Below, piece after piece: positions 9,954 to 19,597 of a DNA stretch of 64,000 bases. Position numbers and translations under genes: made by a program. The notes beneath the pieces were generated by a model. That model had not been told where the DNA came from and ran no database searches. It saw only the letters and a list, made by a program, of their open reading frames with translations. Each line of letters opens with the position of its first letter. Position 1 is the stretch's first letter. The stretch covers positions 1,888,001 through 1,952,000 of the forward strand of contig CAXXLX010000001.1 in the NCBI GenBank assembly GCA_963665235.2, written 5' to 3'. This DNA comes from Candidatus Poribacteria bacterium. GTDB taxonomy: Bacteria; Poribacteria; WGA-4E; WGA-3G.

Positions 9954-11660
9954 CTATCGGTTTGTATAGAGGAAATAGCAAATCATATCAGTCGCGTTTT
10001 TGTTCCCCTTGTTCTTGAGATTTTTCTGGTTAACGAATTCTAAGCGGGAACCGGCGGGCAAGAAAAGCGGTTTGCGGTAATGGTAAATATCGTGCCAATC
10101 GGTATCGGATGCTTTGATATGGAGCATTGGAATATGCTCACCTATCGGGGTTATTGCAATGATTTGCATGTCCTGTTTGGATATACCCATCGATGGATAG
10201 GCAGCGAACACATGGACATCTGTTTTAAACCGATACGAAGAGCCGTTTATCAGTGTTGCTGTGTGTAATTGGGCTGTCTCTGGCGTTTTGGAAAAATAAA
10301 GTCCGACCTGTAAGGTGTCACGTTCGTGATGTCCTGTGCCTTGATATAGGACATTTAAAATTAGATGCGCACCCTTTGGCAACAGATGTCCGACTCCCGC
10401 GGGCAAGGCAGGAGGGGCGACCCCGGGTGTCCATGCAGTTAGTATACCGTCAAACGTGTAATTGGGGGTTGCTTGTCCCCCGGAAGCAGTCGGTGTAACA
10501 GCCATTTTTTTACCAAAATTTGCGGTGATACCCCGGACCGATTTTCTATTCTCTAACTGAAAATCGATTGCCTGAACGGACATAGCTTTGTCGAAGCCTG
10601 TTGGGAGGGCAAACAGATGAGAGCCCCGTTTTCCCACAGGCAGTGCTTTAAAATCGAGCGGAATCTCGGTTACCCAATCCGGTTCACCGAGCGTCCATGT
10701 CCATGTCTCTGAGGTGGACGTTATGGGGGTGTGATGGATTGCTGGGCCTGCTGGCGTGTTGGTTTTAACCCATGTTGTTATCATCTCAATTTCGGTATCA
10801 GTAAGTCGTCGTTCGTTCTTGAAGTCGCCGTAGCCGTGTACCGGTTTCCATGGCGGCATGAGACGTGCTTGTGTGTATTCGGCAATTTTGGCACCGTGTG
10901 TCTTCGCATCGTCATAACTCAATAGTGCAAACGGTGCGAACCCGTTCTGCTGATGACAGGTTTGGCAGTTCTTTTGCAAGATAGGCGCGATATGTTCGCT
11001 ATAGGTTATCTGCTTTTGTGTGGCCTGTTCGGGAAGATGAATTGTGCATCCGAATGCGGGGGTCTCTTTGACCGGTACCGGTTTTCCATCAAGAACCGCT
11101 ACGAGCGCGTCTCTCAGGTAATTGTGCTTTATCCGTGTTTCATAACGGTTGTCGTCGATTGGGCCCCGGTAACGTAAAACCCCCCGCGAGTCGATGAGAT
11201 GTGCTTGTGGAGTCATCGTTGCGCCGAGGTGCCGTGCTAAACTGCCATCGGTATCCTTCACAATCGGGAACGGGAATTCTGCTTTAGCAAGGTATGCCTT
11301 GATGTCATCTACAGAATCGTTTTCGTTGGCGTAGACTCCGATAAGGGTGACGTGTTTGTCAGCAAATTTGGTATGCATCCGCTTTAATCGCATTGCATAT
11401 CGCTGCGCGACGGGGCATTCTGCGGCGAGAAATACAAAGATGGCTGGCCCCTGTGTGATAAGTAAACCTAAGCTGCGTGTGTTGCCCGGCAGTGTTGTGA
11501 AGGTAATGTCCGATAACTTCGTGCCGACCGGGACACGTTGTGAATCTGGCAATTTTTCCTGAATGACGCGATGTTTTTTCGGTATGGTATAGTCTGTTTG
11601 TGCATGCACTACTGTTGGTAGGATTAATATGAATAAGATTGTTGCAATTTTGCGTATCAT
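9954..11660 (-). CDS. Secreted redoxin + cytochrome c (CxxCH) + degenerate Cu-monooxygenase-like protein
   Basis: Redoxin ECPVA...GATMTPQ...YRGPIDD...GCTI; CQTCH; MPPW; C-terminal domain lacks the usual HH/HMH ligands. Confidence 0.8.
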   Translation of the reverse strand: MIRKIATILFILILPTVVHAQTDYTIPKKHRVIQEKLPDSQRVPVGTKLSDITFTTLPGNTRSLGLLITQGPAIFVFLAAECPVAQRYAMRLKRMHTKFADKHVTLIGVYANENDSVDDIKAYLAKAEFPFPIVKDTDGSLARHLGATMTPQAHLIDSRGVLRYRGPIDDNRYETRIKHNYLRDALVAVLDGKPVPVKETPAFGCTIHLPEQATQKQITYSEHIAPILQKNCQTCHQQNGFAPFALLSYDDAKTHGAKIAEYTQARLMPPWKPVHGYGDFKNERRLTDTEIEMITTWVKTNTPAGPAIHHTPITSTSETWTWTLGEPDWVTEIPLDFKALPVGKRGSHLFALPTGFDKAMSVQAIDFQLENRKSVRGITANFGKKMAVTPTASGGQATPNYTFDGILTAWTPGVAPPALPAGVGHLLPKGAHLILNVLYQGTGHHERDTLQVGLYFSKTPETAQLHTATLINGSSYRFKTDVHVFAAYPSMGISKQDMQIIAITPIGEHIPMLHIKASDTDWHDIYHYRKPLFLPAGSRLEFVNQKNLKNKGNKNATDMICYFLYTNR

Positions 11661-11698
11661 GGATTTAGCTTCTCTAATTATTGTTAGTGTTAATTTAA

Positions 11699-11782
11699 AG
11701 TATACCATTATTGTGTACAGATGTCAAATGTTTTTTTATTTTCAAAAAAAGAGTTGACATTTGAGCAGCGGTTTGGTACACT
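11699..11782. promoter_or_regulatory. Divergent sigma70 promoters
   Basis: + strand TTGACA(11754)-17-TACACT; - strand TTGACA(11727)-17-TATACT. Confidence 0.7.
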
Positions 11783-11833
11783 ATGGAGATGATGGCTGAC
11801 GAAAAATATAGCATCTACAAAGGAGAATTTTTG

Positions 11834-12496
11834 ATGTCACAACATGACCAGATTGCCCTTTTCAACGGTAAGGATATGACAGGTTGGCTCGCCAGGGGCG
11901 GAGCTGCACAACATGAATGGGCTGCTGTCGGTGCCGTTTCCCTGAATCCAGACGATAATAAACTGTTGGCAACGACCGCCGGTGAAGGAATCTTTTGCAA
12001 CGGGCCCACCGGGCGAACAGTCGATATTTACACGGAAGAGACACACGGTGATTGTGAGCTGCACGTTGAATTTATGGTGCCGCAGGGCTCCAATTCCGGT
12101 GTTTACGTGATGGGTCGGTATGAGATTCAGATATTGGATAGCTGGGGCGCGACTGAGCTCCACTACGGTACGTGTGGCGGTGTTTACTGTCGTTGGATTG
12201 ATAATAAACCTGTTGATGGCGTACCGCCGCGCGTCAATGCTAGTAAGCCGCCGGGGGAGTGGCAGACGTTTGATATCAACTTCCGTGCACCCAAGTTTGA
12301 CGCGGATGGCAATAAGACTGCAAACGCGCTTTTCGTGGAGGTCTTGTGGAACGGACAGGTGGTCCACGAAAACGTTGAGGTTGCTGGTTGTACACGGGGG
12401 GCGATGTTAGGAGAGGAAGCGGCGACGGGGCCCTTGCTTTTACAGGGTGACCACGGGCCGGTTGCTTATCGCAACGTGGTTTTGACCCCGGTTTAG
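11834..12496 (+). CDS. DUF1080 (3-keto-disaccharide hydrolase-like) protein
   Basis: LFNGKDMTGW, GSNSGVY, YEIQILDS, GEWQTFDI, LQGDHGPVAYRN. Confidence 0.9.
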   Translation: MSQHDQIALFNGKDMTGWLARGGAAQHEWAAVGAVSLNPDDNKLLATTAGEGIFCNGPTGRTVDIYTEETHGDCELHVEFMVPQGSNSGVYVMGRYEIQILDSWGATELHYGTCGGVYCRWIDNKPVDGVPPRVNASKPPGEWQTFDINFRAPKFDADGNKTANALFVEVLWNGQVVHENVEVAGCTRGAMLGEEAATGPLLLQGDHGPVAYRNVVLTPV

Positions 12497-12506
12497 ACTG
12501 GACAAT

Positions 12507-13028
12507 TTACAGTGGGCCCGGAGGATGCAGGATATGATACGTTGCAACGGCAAGAGCGACGTGTACATTTAAGGAGCCGATTTTGCCGTACATCGGGAGG
12601 TAAATTGCTAATTCGCATGCATCTAAGGTCCGTCGGGAAACGCCGCGGTATTCGTTACCGACGACGAGGCATACTTTTTCGGGATATTCCACGGTGTGAT
12701 AAGGCACGGCATTTGACGCGACCTCAAGGGCACATGTGAGATACCCCTCTTCTGTGTATTTTTCAACGGCCTCGGCGGCGTATTTTATGGTGCGCCAGGG
12801 GACTCTGCGATGTGTGCCGCGCCCAATACCGGCGATGGTGGGATGTGGCGGGTGCGCGCTAATCCCAGCTAACACAATTTCGCGGGCTCTACATGCATCT
12901 GCAATTCTAAAGGTCGCGCCAACGTTAACCGGGTCTTCAACATCTTGTAGGACAAAAACGAGCTCAACCGCTGGCGAACCGTCCTGTTTTAAAAAACGTT
13001 TGAGTGCGTTGTTTCGTAACTGCTTCAT
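12507..13028 (-). CDS. SpoU/TrmH-family RNA methyltransferase
   Basis: DPVNVGATFR, VVGNEYRGVS, PMYGKIGSLNV. Confidence 0.9.
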   Translation of the reverse strand: MKQLRNNALKRFLKQDGSPAVELVFVLQDVEDPVNVGATFRIADACRAREIVLAGISAHPPHPTIAGIGRGTHRRVPWRTIKYAAEAVEKYTEEGYLTCALEVASNAVPYHTVEYPEKVCLVVGNEYRGVSRRTLDACELAIYLPMYGKIGSLNVHVALAVATYHILHPPGPL

Positions 13029-13051
13029 TATTTTAAGGAATTATTTGGATT

Positions 13052-14111
13052 ATGGAAAAACTAAAACTCGGCATTATTGGTGCAGGTGGTATCGTCTGCC
13101 GGATGCATCTACCCGATTTAACGAACGGAACCGATTTTGAGGTAGCCGTAATTGGCGGTAGACGTGAACACCGTTTAAAATATCAGTGTGAAGAATTTAA
13201 CATTCCACGTTGGACGCAGGATTACGATGAGATTATCGCCGATGAGACGCTGGATGCGATTCTTGTCGGTACCCCGCATCCCCTGCACGTTTCGTGGGGA
13301 GTGAAGGCGTTAGAAGCGGGTAAGCATGTCCTGATGCAAAAACCGCTCTGCGGGGATATGGACGAGGCGAATCAGTTTGTCGCTGCGGCGGAAGCGAGTG
13401 GCAAAACGGTAATGTGCCTTCCACATTTCGGTGCGTCTATCTACAAAATCCGCGAACTTATCGCTGAAAATGCTATCGGCCGCGTATCCGGGGCGAGAAT
13501 GCGGAGCAGCCACGGTGGTCCAGAAATCTATTATGCTGAAATTCGCGACATTTTCGGTGAAACCGAGGACGATTTATGGTTTTTTGATGCTAAACAGGCT
13601 AGCGTCGGTGCCCTTTTTGATATGGGGGTTTACGCTGTCTCTGGTCTCGTTGCGATGCTCGGCACCTTCAAACGGGTGACCGGCTTCGTCTCCACGTTTC
13701 GATAAACCGACTGAACTAGAGGATGTCGCTACGCTGGTGCTTGAGATGCAATCGGGTGGCATTGTCACAGCCGAAACGAGCTGGTGCGACCCAGCACGTA
13801 CAGGTGAATCAAGTATCCACGGGACTGCTGGTAAATTTACAATGCCCGGTAAAGATGGCGCGGCAGTAACGCAGTGGACTCCTACCTCCTATACCCGCGA
13901 ACACGCGCCTGTTGATACTAAGTCAGTTGATTGCAGTGATGCTGCCCCGAAAGGTATGCATGCCCATTTCGCTGAACACATTCGAGCTGGCACACAACCG
14001 CCGCTCTCCAATGTTTACACCGCACGGCATGTGACTGAAATTATGCTTGCAGGACTCAAATCCTCTGAAACGGGAAGGGCAATTGAACTGACGACAACTG
14101 CTGACCAATAG
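13052..14111 (+). CDS. Gfo/Idh/MocA oxidoreductase split by a 1-bp frameshift near 13697 (probable sequencing error)
   Basis: GIIGAGGI, GKHVLMQKP, GALFDMGVY; removing one T in ACGTTTCGATAAA joins ORF 13052-13705 to ORF 13737-14111 (TFDKPTELEDVA). Confidence 0.85.
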
Positions 14112-14126
14112 TTAGGAAAACTGGAC

Positions 14127-14181
14127 AGATGTCTTCATGTGATAAAGGGCAGAAAGTGCACCTACATGACATGAAGACATC
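14127..14181. terminator. Hairpin between convergent genes
   Basis: AGATGTCTTCATGT...ACATGAAGACATCT. Confidence 0.55.
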
Positions 14182-14188
14182 TCAATAT

Positions 14189-14626
14189 TTAACCTAAACT
14201 CGCGTGAAATTCGTACCAATCGTCAAGGTTGTTAAGGTTAATCGCGTCTAAAATTGTTCCATCGTCTTCAATACCGCTTGCGCCGAGGATGCTCGTCCGG
14301 GTATCGTCGTCGTGATGGTACCCCTCAATTGCGGCGTTCAACTCGGCGACTGCGTCTTCGTCAAGGCTGCCACCGCTCTGCTCTAAGACCCATGCCTCAA
14401 ATTGCGGATAGGTGGGTGAATTGTCCTGGATATATGCCAGCGTTTCGTCTTTGTCGAGACCGAGAGCATCTAATACCATCTGATCATAACCCATTCCGCA
14501 TGCTGGATACTCTTCATGAAGAACGCCCTTGGCATCCATCAACACTTTTGACCAGAACCGGGGGAGGTGCAAGACACCGAGGGGACCAGCAACCCCGGAA
14601 CTGATTGTCGGAATCATTCCTGCCAT
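14189..14626 (-). CDS. DUF5069-like protein
   Basis: GPLGVLHLPRFWSK, EYPACGMGYD, LNNLDDW; start at MAGMIP after AAGGAG. Confidence 0.75.
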   Translation of the reverse strand: MAGMIPTISSGVAGPLGVLHLPRFWSKVLMDAKGVLHEEYPACGMGYDQMVLDALGLDKDETLAYIQDNSPTYPQFEAWVLEQSGGSLDEDAVAELNAAIEGYHHDDDTRTSILGASGIEDDGTILDAINLNNLDDWYEFHASLG

Positions 14627-14783
14627 TTTGTTTTCTCCTTTTGTTGTTATTGCGATAGACACTGTTGCCCATCATGTGCAAATCTTCGGACGTAGTTTGC
14701 AAGTCTATCTTACAAACCGTTTTGATTATAGCACGAATTTTAAAAAAAGTGTAACAAAATTTTGGAAGTCCTGATTTTAAAAG

Positions 14784-14850
14784 TGGAAGGATGGAAGATT
14801 GGAAGGATGGAAGGATGGAAGGATGGAAGGATGGAAGATTGGAAGGATGG
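14784..14850. repeat. 8-bp tandem repeat (TGGAAGGA/TGGAAGAT) x8
   Basis: Directly visible. Confidence 0.95.
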
Positions 14851-15032
14851 ATTTCGCGCGTGTGTTGTCTGAATGCACATCGCATTTGAGCAAGTACGCC
14901 GCAAATCACGGATTATCGCGGAGGACACGGAGGCCGCGGCAAGAAGAGGTTTTCGAGCATGAAACATATTACCTGTCTGGGTTTAAGCGGTGGGACATTG
15001 CGTTTTGTATAAACATATCGCCCTTGAGGAGC

Positions 15033-15053
15033 GGGAAACCGTTTGCCCGAATA
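15033..15053 (+). repeat. 21-bp direct repeat, left boundary of the defence island
   Basis: GGGAAACCGTTTGCCCGAATA, identical at 29298-29318. Confidence 0.85.
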
Positions 15054-15089
15054 CTGGGGCTAAGCCCGGGGCCGGTCGGTGCGGTTTTT

Positions 15090-15235
15090 TCTGTGTCCTC
15101 TGTGTAATCCGAGATTCTGACAAATCAAAAACGCGGACATGCTTTTGTACAAAAACTTTACGCACTCGTATGCTGGCGATGCGTTCTTGGCAGAATCGCG
15201 GGTTGGCGCGGATTACACGGATTTCGCGGGTTGTC
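15090..15235. repeat. 9-mer (CGCGGATTA-like) repeat element, two facing copies
   Basis: TCTGTGTAATCCGAGATTCTGACA (reverse) and CAGAATCGCGGGTTGGCGCGGATTACACGGATTTCGCGG. Confidence 0.7.
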
Positions 15236-15278
15236 ACTTTGCAACATCAAGTTATCTGCTAAGCGGACAGCTTTTTAT

Positions 15279-16073
15279 CTATGGAGGCGTTAGCAGTGCG
15301 GCGATGTCCTCTGGTAGTTTAACATCATGTTTCTGTTCGAAGTCGGCAACGTTCGCGTAGGCGTTGTGAAATAAAGCAACGATATCCTTTTCCATGTCTT
15401 TGGCAGTTGCCAGGTCCGATTTTGCTTTTTCCCACTCTTGCAAGTGTAAAAATGCCATACCGCGATTGTAATATGCCTCGGCAAAATTCGGTTTGCGTTC
15501 TATTGCCGCGTTATAGTCTTCAATTGCCCGTTGATACTCGCCTTTTCGCGAATAAGCACTACCCCGACCGTTATAGGAATCTACAAAGTTCGGTTTAAGT
15601 TCTAGTGCCTTGCTATAGTCTACGATTGCGTTATTATACTCCTGTCTTTCAAAGTAAACGATGCCACGGTTGTAATACGGATAGGTAAAACTGGGCTCGA
15701 GTTCTATTGCTGTGTTATAGTCCTCAATAGCCCGCTCAATTTCACCTTTGAGTTTATAAACTATCCCACGATTGTTATATCCCACAGGCAAATTAGGCTC
15801 TAACCTTATCGCTTTGTTACAATCTTCGAGGGCGCGCTCGTAATTCCCTTTGATACGGTATGCGCTACCCCGATTGCTGTATGCCTCGGCATAGTTTTCA
15901 TCGCGACTAATAGCTGTGTTGAAGTCTTTAATAGCACGCTCAATTTCGCCTTTATTAGTATACGCAATGCCGCGGTAGTTATAAGGCCTGGCAAAACTGG
16001 GTTTTTCCATAATTAGTTTGGTAAAACGTTCGATAGCCCTATCGTTAGGATCTTGTCCAATTTCGGTCTTCAT
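15279..16073 (-). CDS. Tetratricopeptide repeat protein
   Basis: About six 34-aa AY(N/Y)NRG...AIEDYNKAIEL repeats. Confidence 0.95.
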   Translation of the reverse strand: MKTEIGQDPNDRAIERFTKLIMEKPSFARPYNYRGIAYTNKGEIERAIKDFNTAISRDENYAEAYSNRGSAYRIKGNYERALEDCNKAIRLEPNLPVGYNNRGIVYKLKGEIERAIEDYNTAIELEPSFTYPYYNRGIVYFERQEYNNAIVDYSKALELKPNFVDSYNGRGSAYSRKGEYQRAIEDYNAAIERKPNFAEAYYNRGMAFLHLQEWEKAKSDLATAKDMEKDIVALFHNAYANVADFEQKHDVKLPEDIAALLTPP

Positions 16074-16075
16074 GT

Positions 16076-16768
16076 TTATGCCTCCGTTATGTTTGGCGTT
16101 GAGCCCATCGAGTCTTCTTCGGCTTGATAAATCTCTATAGAGGTTTTCTGATGGCTGCCTTGCTCTCTAATAAACCCATGGAGATCATTGTAAACGGTTT
16201 GTGTTGAGATACCGTGCTGTTTTCGCAGATGGTCTAATATCGGTTCCTTGAGTGATGCGGGAATGTCTATTACAGCGAAGTGTTCAGGTTCAATAAACCC
16301 CTTCGGTGGCCGAACGAATATACTTTTCTGTGCTATGATACGGTTTTGCGGGTTCCGAGGTTCTTTAATCTGATATTTTTCGTTTATCTCCTCACTTCTC
16401 TCCAACAAAATAATCCGGCCGGATTTTCCAAGTGAACCGTCACAGGCGAAAAAGAGAGCGATGTGGTTGTCTGTCGTAAAATCCACAAGATTGGTATGAC
16501 CGCCGTAGTGTTGGAGTTCTGTCAAGATTTCAAAACTATCTTCCTTGTAGGTATAGGCTTTAGCCACTTCCAGAATGTCTACTTGGATAGCTTCTATATC
16601 GAATTCCTCTGTTCCAATTTCTTTCTGGCATTCACGCCACAGACTTGAAGATACTTTCTCATAGTGTTGAGGTTCGCCGCGATAGATGAATCCGCCATCG
16701 GCGGTTGTTTCTGCTATCTTACTGACTATCTCTAAAATGCTGTTGCGTTCGGTTTCTTGTGTGTTCAA
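16076..16768 (-). CDS. FRG domain protein
   Basis: FIYRGE, LQHYGGHTNLVDFT, IALFFAC, NRIIAQKSIFV; TTG start after GGAGAG. Confidence 0.88.
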   Translation of the reverse strand: MNTQETERNSILEIVSKIAETTADGGFIYRGEPQHYEKVSSSLWRECQKEIGTEEFDIEAIQVDILEVAKAYTYKEDSFEILTELQHYGGHTNLVDFTTDNHIALFFACDGSLGKSGRIILLERSEEINEKYQIKEPRNPQNRIIAQKSIFVRPPKGFIEPEHFAVIDIPASLKEPILDHLRKQHGISTQTVYNDLHGFIREQGSHQKTSIEIYQAEEDSMGSTPNITEA

Positions 16769-16805
16769 ACTTGCTCTCCATGATGCGAATTTCCGCTGAT
16801 GTTAA

Positions 16806-16834
16806 ATTATAGCATGTCCGCGTTCGCTTGTCAA
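16806..16834 (-). promoter_or_regulatory. Consensus sigma70 promoter for FRG-TPR
   Basis: TTGACA-17 bp-TATAAT. Confidence 0.8.
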
Positions 16835-16850
16835 TTTCAATTTTGCGGGG

Positions 16851-16897
16851 TTGTCAGAATCACGGATTATCACAGATTACACAGATTTCGCGGATTA
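16851..16897 (+). repeat. 9-mer repeat element
   Basis: TTGTCAGAATCACGGATTATCACAGATTACACAGATTTCGCGGATTA. Confidence 0.8.
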
Positions 16898-16917
16898 TTG
16901 AGTTTGGTATCCGAACG

Positions 16918-17322
16918 TTATTTGCCGAATGCCAGGGCGAAAAGTACCTCTATCAGGTAAAAAACAGTAAGCGTGATAGAAAAAATGGCCGATAACCAAT
17001 TACATTTCGGTTTACCTTTGTGCTTGCTGAGATTCATTTCGAAATCGGTGTCAGTTTGTTGGCGGATTTCGTTGTAGACCTGTCGGAACAGTCGTTCCTG
17101 CCAGAGAAAGTACCCGTCCAGAATCCAAAATCCCGCGATGGTAAGTAAAACTCCCAAAACAAAATATGCGCCTTGCCCGGAGTTCTCTATAGCGCTTAAA
17201 ACCCTGGCTGCAACAAGGAGCGTCACGCTCCAACTTTTTACAAGAAGACTGTTCCGGCCTAAACGGTTAATAACGACTTGCGTCATTTCCAAATGCTTTA
17301 CGACTTTTTCAGTGCCGTCCAT
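16918..17322 (-). CDS. Small TIR-associated membrane protein (about 3 TM), paralog 2
   Basis: HLEMTQVVINRLGRNSLLVKSW...FWILDGYFLWQERLFRQVYNEIR; close paralog of 19598-20005. Confidence 0.85.
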   Translation of the reverse strand: MDGTEKVVKHLEMTQVVINRLGRNSLLVKSWSVTLLVAARVLSAIENSGQGAYFVLGVLLTIAGFWILDGYFLWQERLFRQVYNEIRQQTDTDFEMNLSKHKGKPKCNWLSAIFSITLTVFYLIEVLFALAFGK

Positions 17323-17371
17323 GAATCTATCCTCCTTTACCAGATTTGCAGGCTGATTGTGCGTTTGTTAA

Positions 17372-17400
17372 ATTGTAATGCTTATAAGTGAATTTGTCAA
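17372..17400 (-). promoter_or_regulatory. Sigma70 promoter for membrane protein paralog 2
   Basis: TTGACA-17 bp-TACAAT. Confidence 0.7.
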
Positions 17401-17474
17401 TACATTTCTAAGGGAAATGCACGGTTTTAGGGGTGAATTTCTAATTGGCAGGGTTAGGGGTTGGCGTTTTCTTA

Positions 17475-17682
17475 TTGTCTGAATCGCGGATTATCGCGGA
17501 TGACGCGGATTGCCTGTCTTGTCTGAATCGCGGATTATCGCGGATTACACGGATTTCGCGGATTATTGCCTCTGATGTCGGCAAGTTGTGTTATCTAAGA
17601 TTCCTAAAATGTTACCTATACACCGGATGCAGCTTTCTCAATGCGATCCGCCTAAAATCTGTGTCATCCGATAAATCCGCGA
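17475..17682. repeat. 9-mer repeat elements (two direct copies, one inverted)
   Basis: TGTCTGAATCGCGGATTATCGCGGAT twice, plus inverted ATCTGTGTCATCCGATAAATCCGCGAT. Confidence 0.8.
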
Positions 17683-17705
17683 TGAGGTTATTTGAATAAG
17701 TGTTC

Positions 17706-18755
17706 TTAAACGTTCAAAGAAAAACGAAGTCTTTCGTCCGCAGCAACCAATTTCTCCATTAAATACGTAATATCTACCCATTTTAGTTGTTTGGGGATCG
17801 TTCTTTCCTGGCTTATTATCCAACTAAGGATTAGACTGAGGTCAAATGCGTTTCTAGCTGGTGCGAATTTTTCTAGTACTTTTTCTTTCTGTACATAATT
17901 TCGTGGCTCGCTCGGATATGATGTAAGTTCGGAGGGTGGTGGAATCTTATTGGTACCATCAGTTTCTTGTGCTTCATCTGTTTTAACTTGAATATCATAT
18001 CCTTCCGTAGCGATATGGTATGCCCTTGCTGCCCTTTCGTAGTCCCATTTGTTTTTAACATCATTATCAATCCAATGTGCTAATGTTTGCAGGTTTACCT
18101 CAGCTCTTTTCCAACGCTTGTAAAATTCGCGCTCACCTGAAAGTTTTGTAAGATGATTTTTTAAGAATGAATAGATTTCATCTGCAATTATATCTGAGTC
18201 TAACTCCTTTTCGCTTTTGCGTTTTATCTTTTTGAACTTTACTTCCTGTGAAGATAACATCCCGTAAGGTATTCGGGTTCCGTATGTAGGTTCATACCAG
18301 CTTAGGCGGATATCTAAGGCTGTTCCCGGTTTTACTGCATTTAATCCGCTAATTTCAAGGAGAAGCGGAAAGTGTTCTGCTTTATCCAGTTCAGAGGGTT
18401 CTAATGTAAAACTGACCCACATACGTTCACCGTATTCTGTAATACGCAAAGTGGCTTCGGGAGACCGTTTATCAGACGCGACTAACTTCACTGCATGCAC
18501 TAATGCCTTGAATACGTCTCGGTGTTGGATAAGTCGGTATTGTTTTGAAGCGGTGCATACCGGTATGTCCTGACGATCTTTAATAAATTCAGCATCGATG
18601 CTGAGAGATTCACGTATTATGTTGTCAAGGTATTTATTGGTGCCGCCATTATGTAGACTAAATGGAACTCTTTTGAAGTGTGGAATCCAATTTATTAATT
18701 CGTTAACCGGTTTTTTGTGTACAAATGCTTCTCTACCTTCCCATTTTAGTGTCAT
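17706..18755 (-). CDS. Divergent DUF932/DUF945-like protein
   Basis: SKQYRLIQHRDVF, YGERMW resemble the DUF932 N-half; NS.DG and R.VC.NG motifs altered; start MTLKW after GGAGG. Confidence 0.5.
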   Translation of the reverse strand: MTLKWEGREAFVHKKPVNELINWIPHFKRVPFSLHNGGTNKYLDNIIRESLSIDAEFIKDRQDIPVCTASKQYRLIQHRDVFKALVHAVKLVASDKRSPEATLRITEYGERMWVSFTLEPSELDKAEHFPLLLEISGLNAVKPGTALDIRLSWYEPTYGTRIPYGMLSSQEVKFKKIKRKSEKELDSDIIADEIYSFLKNHLTKLSGEREFYKRWKRAEVNLQTLAHWIDNDVKNKWDYERAARAYHIATEGYDIQVKTDEAQETDGTNKIPPPSELTSYPSEPRNYVQKEKVLEKFAPARNAFDLSLILSWIISQERTIPKQLKWVDITYLMEKLVAADERLRFSLNV

Positions 18756-18955
18756 ATTACACCTCCATATCAGTGTTTTCCACAATCGTAATCTGCTTTC
18801 TGCCGTGCTGCCATTTCTATCGCAGCATCAGATTTTGCTGGCACGGGTTCCGGTTCGGGTTCAGAAAACGCAGTCTCAACATCTTCCTCAAGATAACCCT
18901 CAACGCTTTCAGGTTAGGACTGCACTTCTTCAACAGGTTCAAGTTATGTTCCCTT

Positions 18956-18984
18956 AGTATATCATACAATTAAACGATTTTCAA
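18956..18984 (-). promoter_or_regulatory. Sigma70 promoter
   Basis: TTGAAA-17 bp-TATACT. Confidence 0.55.
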
Positions 18985-19026
18985 GGAAAAAGAATTCGCA
19001 CTGGTTTGTATGTTGGCGGTGCGTTA

Positions 19027-19072
19027 TTGTCTGAATCGCGGATTAGCACGGATTACACAGATTACGCGGATT
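19027..19072 (+). repeat. 9-mer repeat element
   Basis: TTGTCTGAATCGCGGATTAGCACGGATTACACAGATTACGCGGATT. Confidence 0.8.
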
Positions 19073-19095
19073 GAAAGAGGATTCGCGATCTGTAG

Positions 19096-19581
19096 CTATC
19101 TGCCTGCTTGTTTGGCGGCTTTCTCTATCCAGTTTCCAAGGTTGGCATAACCGTTATCAGTAACCCAGTCGTAGTACGAACAACAAGGGTAAACAGGGTT
19201 AGTGGTAGGTCTAAAGTTAAAGGGGGATTGACTAAAAGGACATGCTCCTTTAGGCGATGTCCAACCGTACCTGTTTTTAACATTATTGATGTGCACCCCA
19301 AGCAAACCATTGCCCTTTTCAATACTTTTCTCGATTTCGTACTTGACCCATCTGCTATTAGCAGTTTGACTGCCAATCAGAACACACGTCACAGACGTAC
19401 CGTCCATCTGCTTATCTATCCATCGCTTGATGGCAAGATCAGTATTTCTTTTTAGTGTTTCGATTTCGGCACTATCAACAAAACCTGCTGCTGTGTAACT
19501 GCCTTTCGCAACCCAACTGTATCGGACTTGATTGACGCGCCAAACATCATCCCAATCAAAACTGAAAAATACATGTCTCAT
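19096..19581 (-). CDS. ThsB-like TIR domain protein (MTH538/DUF1863)
   Basis: RHVFFSF..DDVWRVNQVR, TSVTCVLIG, SRWVKYEI (catalytic Glu), GNGLLGVHI, YDW...GY.N. Confidence 0.9.
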   Translation of the reverse strand: MRHVFFSFDWDDVWRVNQVRYSWVAKGSYTAAGFVDSAEIETLKRNTDLAIKRWIDKQMDGTSVTCVLIGSQTANSRWVKYEIEKSIEKGNGLLGVHINNVKNRYGWTSPKGACPFSQSPFNFRPTTNPVYPCCSYYDWVTDNGYANLGNWIEKAAKQAGR

Positions 19582-19597
19582 AGCAACTCCACATAAA

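Noticed and set aside
13690-13740. Programmed frameshift in the Gfo/Idh/MocA gene
   Set aside because: Single extra T in a short run with no slippery heptamer or stimulatory structure; other isolated indels in the window suggest sequencing error
14784-14850. CRISPR array or coding repeat (ORFs 14514-14909, 14740-14967, 14799-15107)
   Set aside because: Simple 8-bp tandem repeat without spacers; the ORFs are open only because the repeat lacks stops
18765-18945. Small acidic ORF upstream of the DUF932-like gene
   Set aside because: In-frame stop and no credible start; at most an unidentifiable remnant
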